Part shown: piece by piece, positions 17,763 through 19,043 of the stretch
Layout: every line of letters starts with the position of its first letter
How positions within the stretch are numbered: the first letter of the stretch is position 1
Assembly: GCA_963783885.1 (NCBI GenBank)
Contig: CAWAPJ010000023.1
Location: 1-19,043, forward strand
Length of the DNA stretch: 19,043 nucleotides
Source: Waddliaceae bacterium
Lineage (GTDB): Bacteria > Chlamydiota > Chlamydiia > Chlamydiales > SLFE01
Direction of reading: 5' to 3'
Position numbers and translations under genes: made by a program
Notes under the pieces: model-generated
The model's input: the letters and a program-made list of their open reading frames with translations, nothing else
The model's database searches: none
Told to the model about the DNA's origin: nothing

Positions 17763-18248
17763 TTACTCGTAGGTGGTGATGATGGCGGTGCAGCTTACCC
17801 CGGCGCCAAGGCCGACTTCGGTGAGGCCTTCCCCCGACGTGGCCGTGATCCCCACTTGAGAGACTTCAATGCCTAAAACTTTGGCGACGCTTTCCCGCAT
17901 TTCCTGAATCCTTTTTAAAAAAATCGGTTTTTTTGCTTCCAGGGCAATGGAAACATGGGTGATTTTCTGGCCATCCAGTATTTTGAGGGCTTCTTTCACA
18001 TAAGCGGAACTGTCGGTGATTCCTCCGTTGATGCACAGGTCGTCGGCAATGCCCCCCAAAACGAGGACGCCTGTCAAGCTGGAGATCGCATTGCAAATGG
18101 CATGAAAAACGACATCGCCATCCGAGTTTGCATGGAAGCCGGGGATGTCGTCGAAAATCAAACCGGCGATAACGCAGGGTTTCGAGGAGTCGGGGGGGAG
18201 AAACCGATGACTGTCTTGACCAATTCCGGTGCGAACCTTCATAATCAT
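17763..18248 (-). CDS. ispF: 2-C-methyl-D-erythritol 2,4-cyclodiphosphate synthase
   Basis: RTGIGQDSHRF, NSDGDVVFHAICNA, VGITATSGEGL. Start is 18248 or 18242. Confidence 0.93.
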   Translation of the reverse strand: MIMKVRTGIGQDSHRFLPPDSSKPCVIAGLIFDDIPGFHANSDGDVVFHAICNAISSLTGVLVLGGIADDLCINGGITDSSAYVKEALKILDGQKITHVSIALEAKKPIFLKRIQEMRESVAKVLGIEVSQVGITATSGEGLTEVGLGAGVSCTAIITTYE

Positions 18249-18274
18249 CTATTTTGACACAACGAGTTTTTTTG

Positions 18275-19043
18275 ATGAAACGATTTTCCCGATTATACAT
18301 TGCGAATACGGAATTTGAATTGGAATTGATGCGGGATAAACCGATGAGTCCCTTTTCGTTTCACCATCCCATTTCAGTTCAGCTTCAATGCCTTCCTTTT
18401 CTTTTTGCCGGACCTGCCGACGGGATCGTGGTGAAAGGACAGCTTCTTCCCGATTACTTTGAACACCTTTGCTCTATCGGCCTTCCCGATTTTTCCAAGA
18501 ATGTCGTGTCTTTTGATGAAGAGGTTGCATGCGAGTCGGTCAAATCGTGGGGAATGAGCCTCGGAGTTGCCGGGTGGGCAAAAGAAAAGGGACTTTCTTA
18601 TGACATGCCTGCGTGGGAAGTTGTCCGAGAGGTTAACAGCAAGCTGTTTAGTTTCAATCAATTGCCCGGTTTTGAAGGTTCCCGGTTAATTGAAAATAAA
18701 GAGGCTTTGAGAGCGTGGCTGAAGGAATTGACAGGCAAGGGAGTTTTAAAAACCTGCTTCGGATTTTCGGGAAAAGGAAAGGTGATCGTGGACGATTCAC
18801 TTCCCTTAGAGAGGCTCCTTCCGTTTTGTGAAAAAGAGTGGAGCAGGGGCCGCCCTTTGATCGCCGAGCCTTGGCTGGATAAGGAATTGGATTTCAGTTC
18901 TCATTGGATCATTGGGAAAGAGATTGAGTTTTTGGGGCTGACGCAGGTCGCCAACGATTCTTTCGGGGCCTATCGGGGATCGACGGCCGGGCCGCAGGTA
19001 GAGATTCCTTTTACCGCGGACCATTTGCCAATAGTGGGAAACA
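18275..19043 (+). CDS. Hypothetical protein with ATP-grasp-like motifs (partial, runs off window; absent from ORF track)
   Basis: Open frame from ATG 18275 to the window end, 256 codons with no stop: MKRFSRLYIANTEFELEL...SWG...VVREVNSKLFSF...VLKTCFGFSGKG...IAEPWLDKELDFSSHW...GAYRGS. Confidence 0.8.
   Translation, partial: MKRFSRLYIANTEFELELMRDKPMSPFSFHHPISVQLQCLPFLFAGPADGIVVKGQLLPDYFEHLCSIGLPDFSKNVVSFDEEVACESVKSWGMSLGVAGWAKEKGLSYDMPAWEVVREVNSKLFSFNQLPGFEGSRLIENKEALRAWLKELTGKGVLKTCFGFSGKGKVIVDDSLPLERLLPFCEKEWSRGRPLIAEPWLDKELDFSSHWIIGKEIEFLGLTQVANDSFGAYRGSTAGPQVEIPFTADHLPIVGN

Overview
Compact bacterial chromosomal window that most likely comes from an environmental member of the Chlamydiae. 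This is inferred from the gene orders sppA/sohB-polA-coaE-rho, rplU-rpmA-obgE and cysJ-like/ispF/ATP-grasp-like ORF, which match my recollection of chlamydial synteny; no search was run. The right two-thirds is mostly housekeeping, with a secreted repeat protein and a PLP-dependent D-cysteine desulfhydrase-like gene inserted between obgE and rho. The left 7 kb is the interesting part. It holds a broken ankyrin-repeat, effector-like pseudogene ending in an SV40-type NLS-like motif. Next is a two-gene unit: a stand-alone NRPS-like A-T-TE protein with an intact 857-codon ORF whose ATP-binding P-loop, A8 hinge, carrier GG motif and thioesterase His are altered, overlapping a DUF2156 (MprF/VlmA-type aminoacyl-tRNA transferase fold) gene. 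A divergent ArnT/PMT-family glycosyltransferase follows, then a D-2-hydroxyacid dehydrogenase homolog that keeps its NAD-binding motif but lacks the Arg/Glu/His catalytic residues. The best novelty candidate is the pseudo-NRPS + DUF2156 pair. No rRNA, tRNA, CRISPR array or mobile element was recognised.
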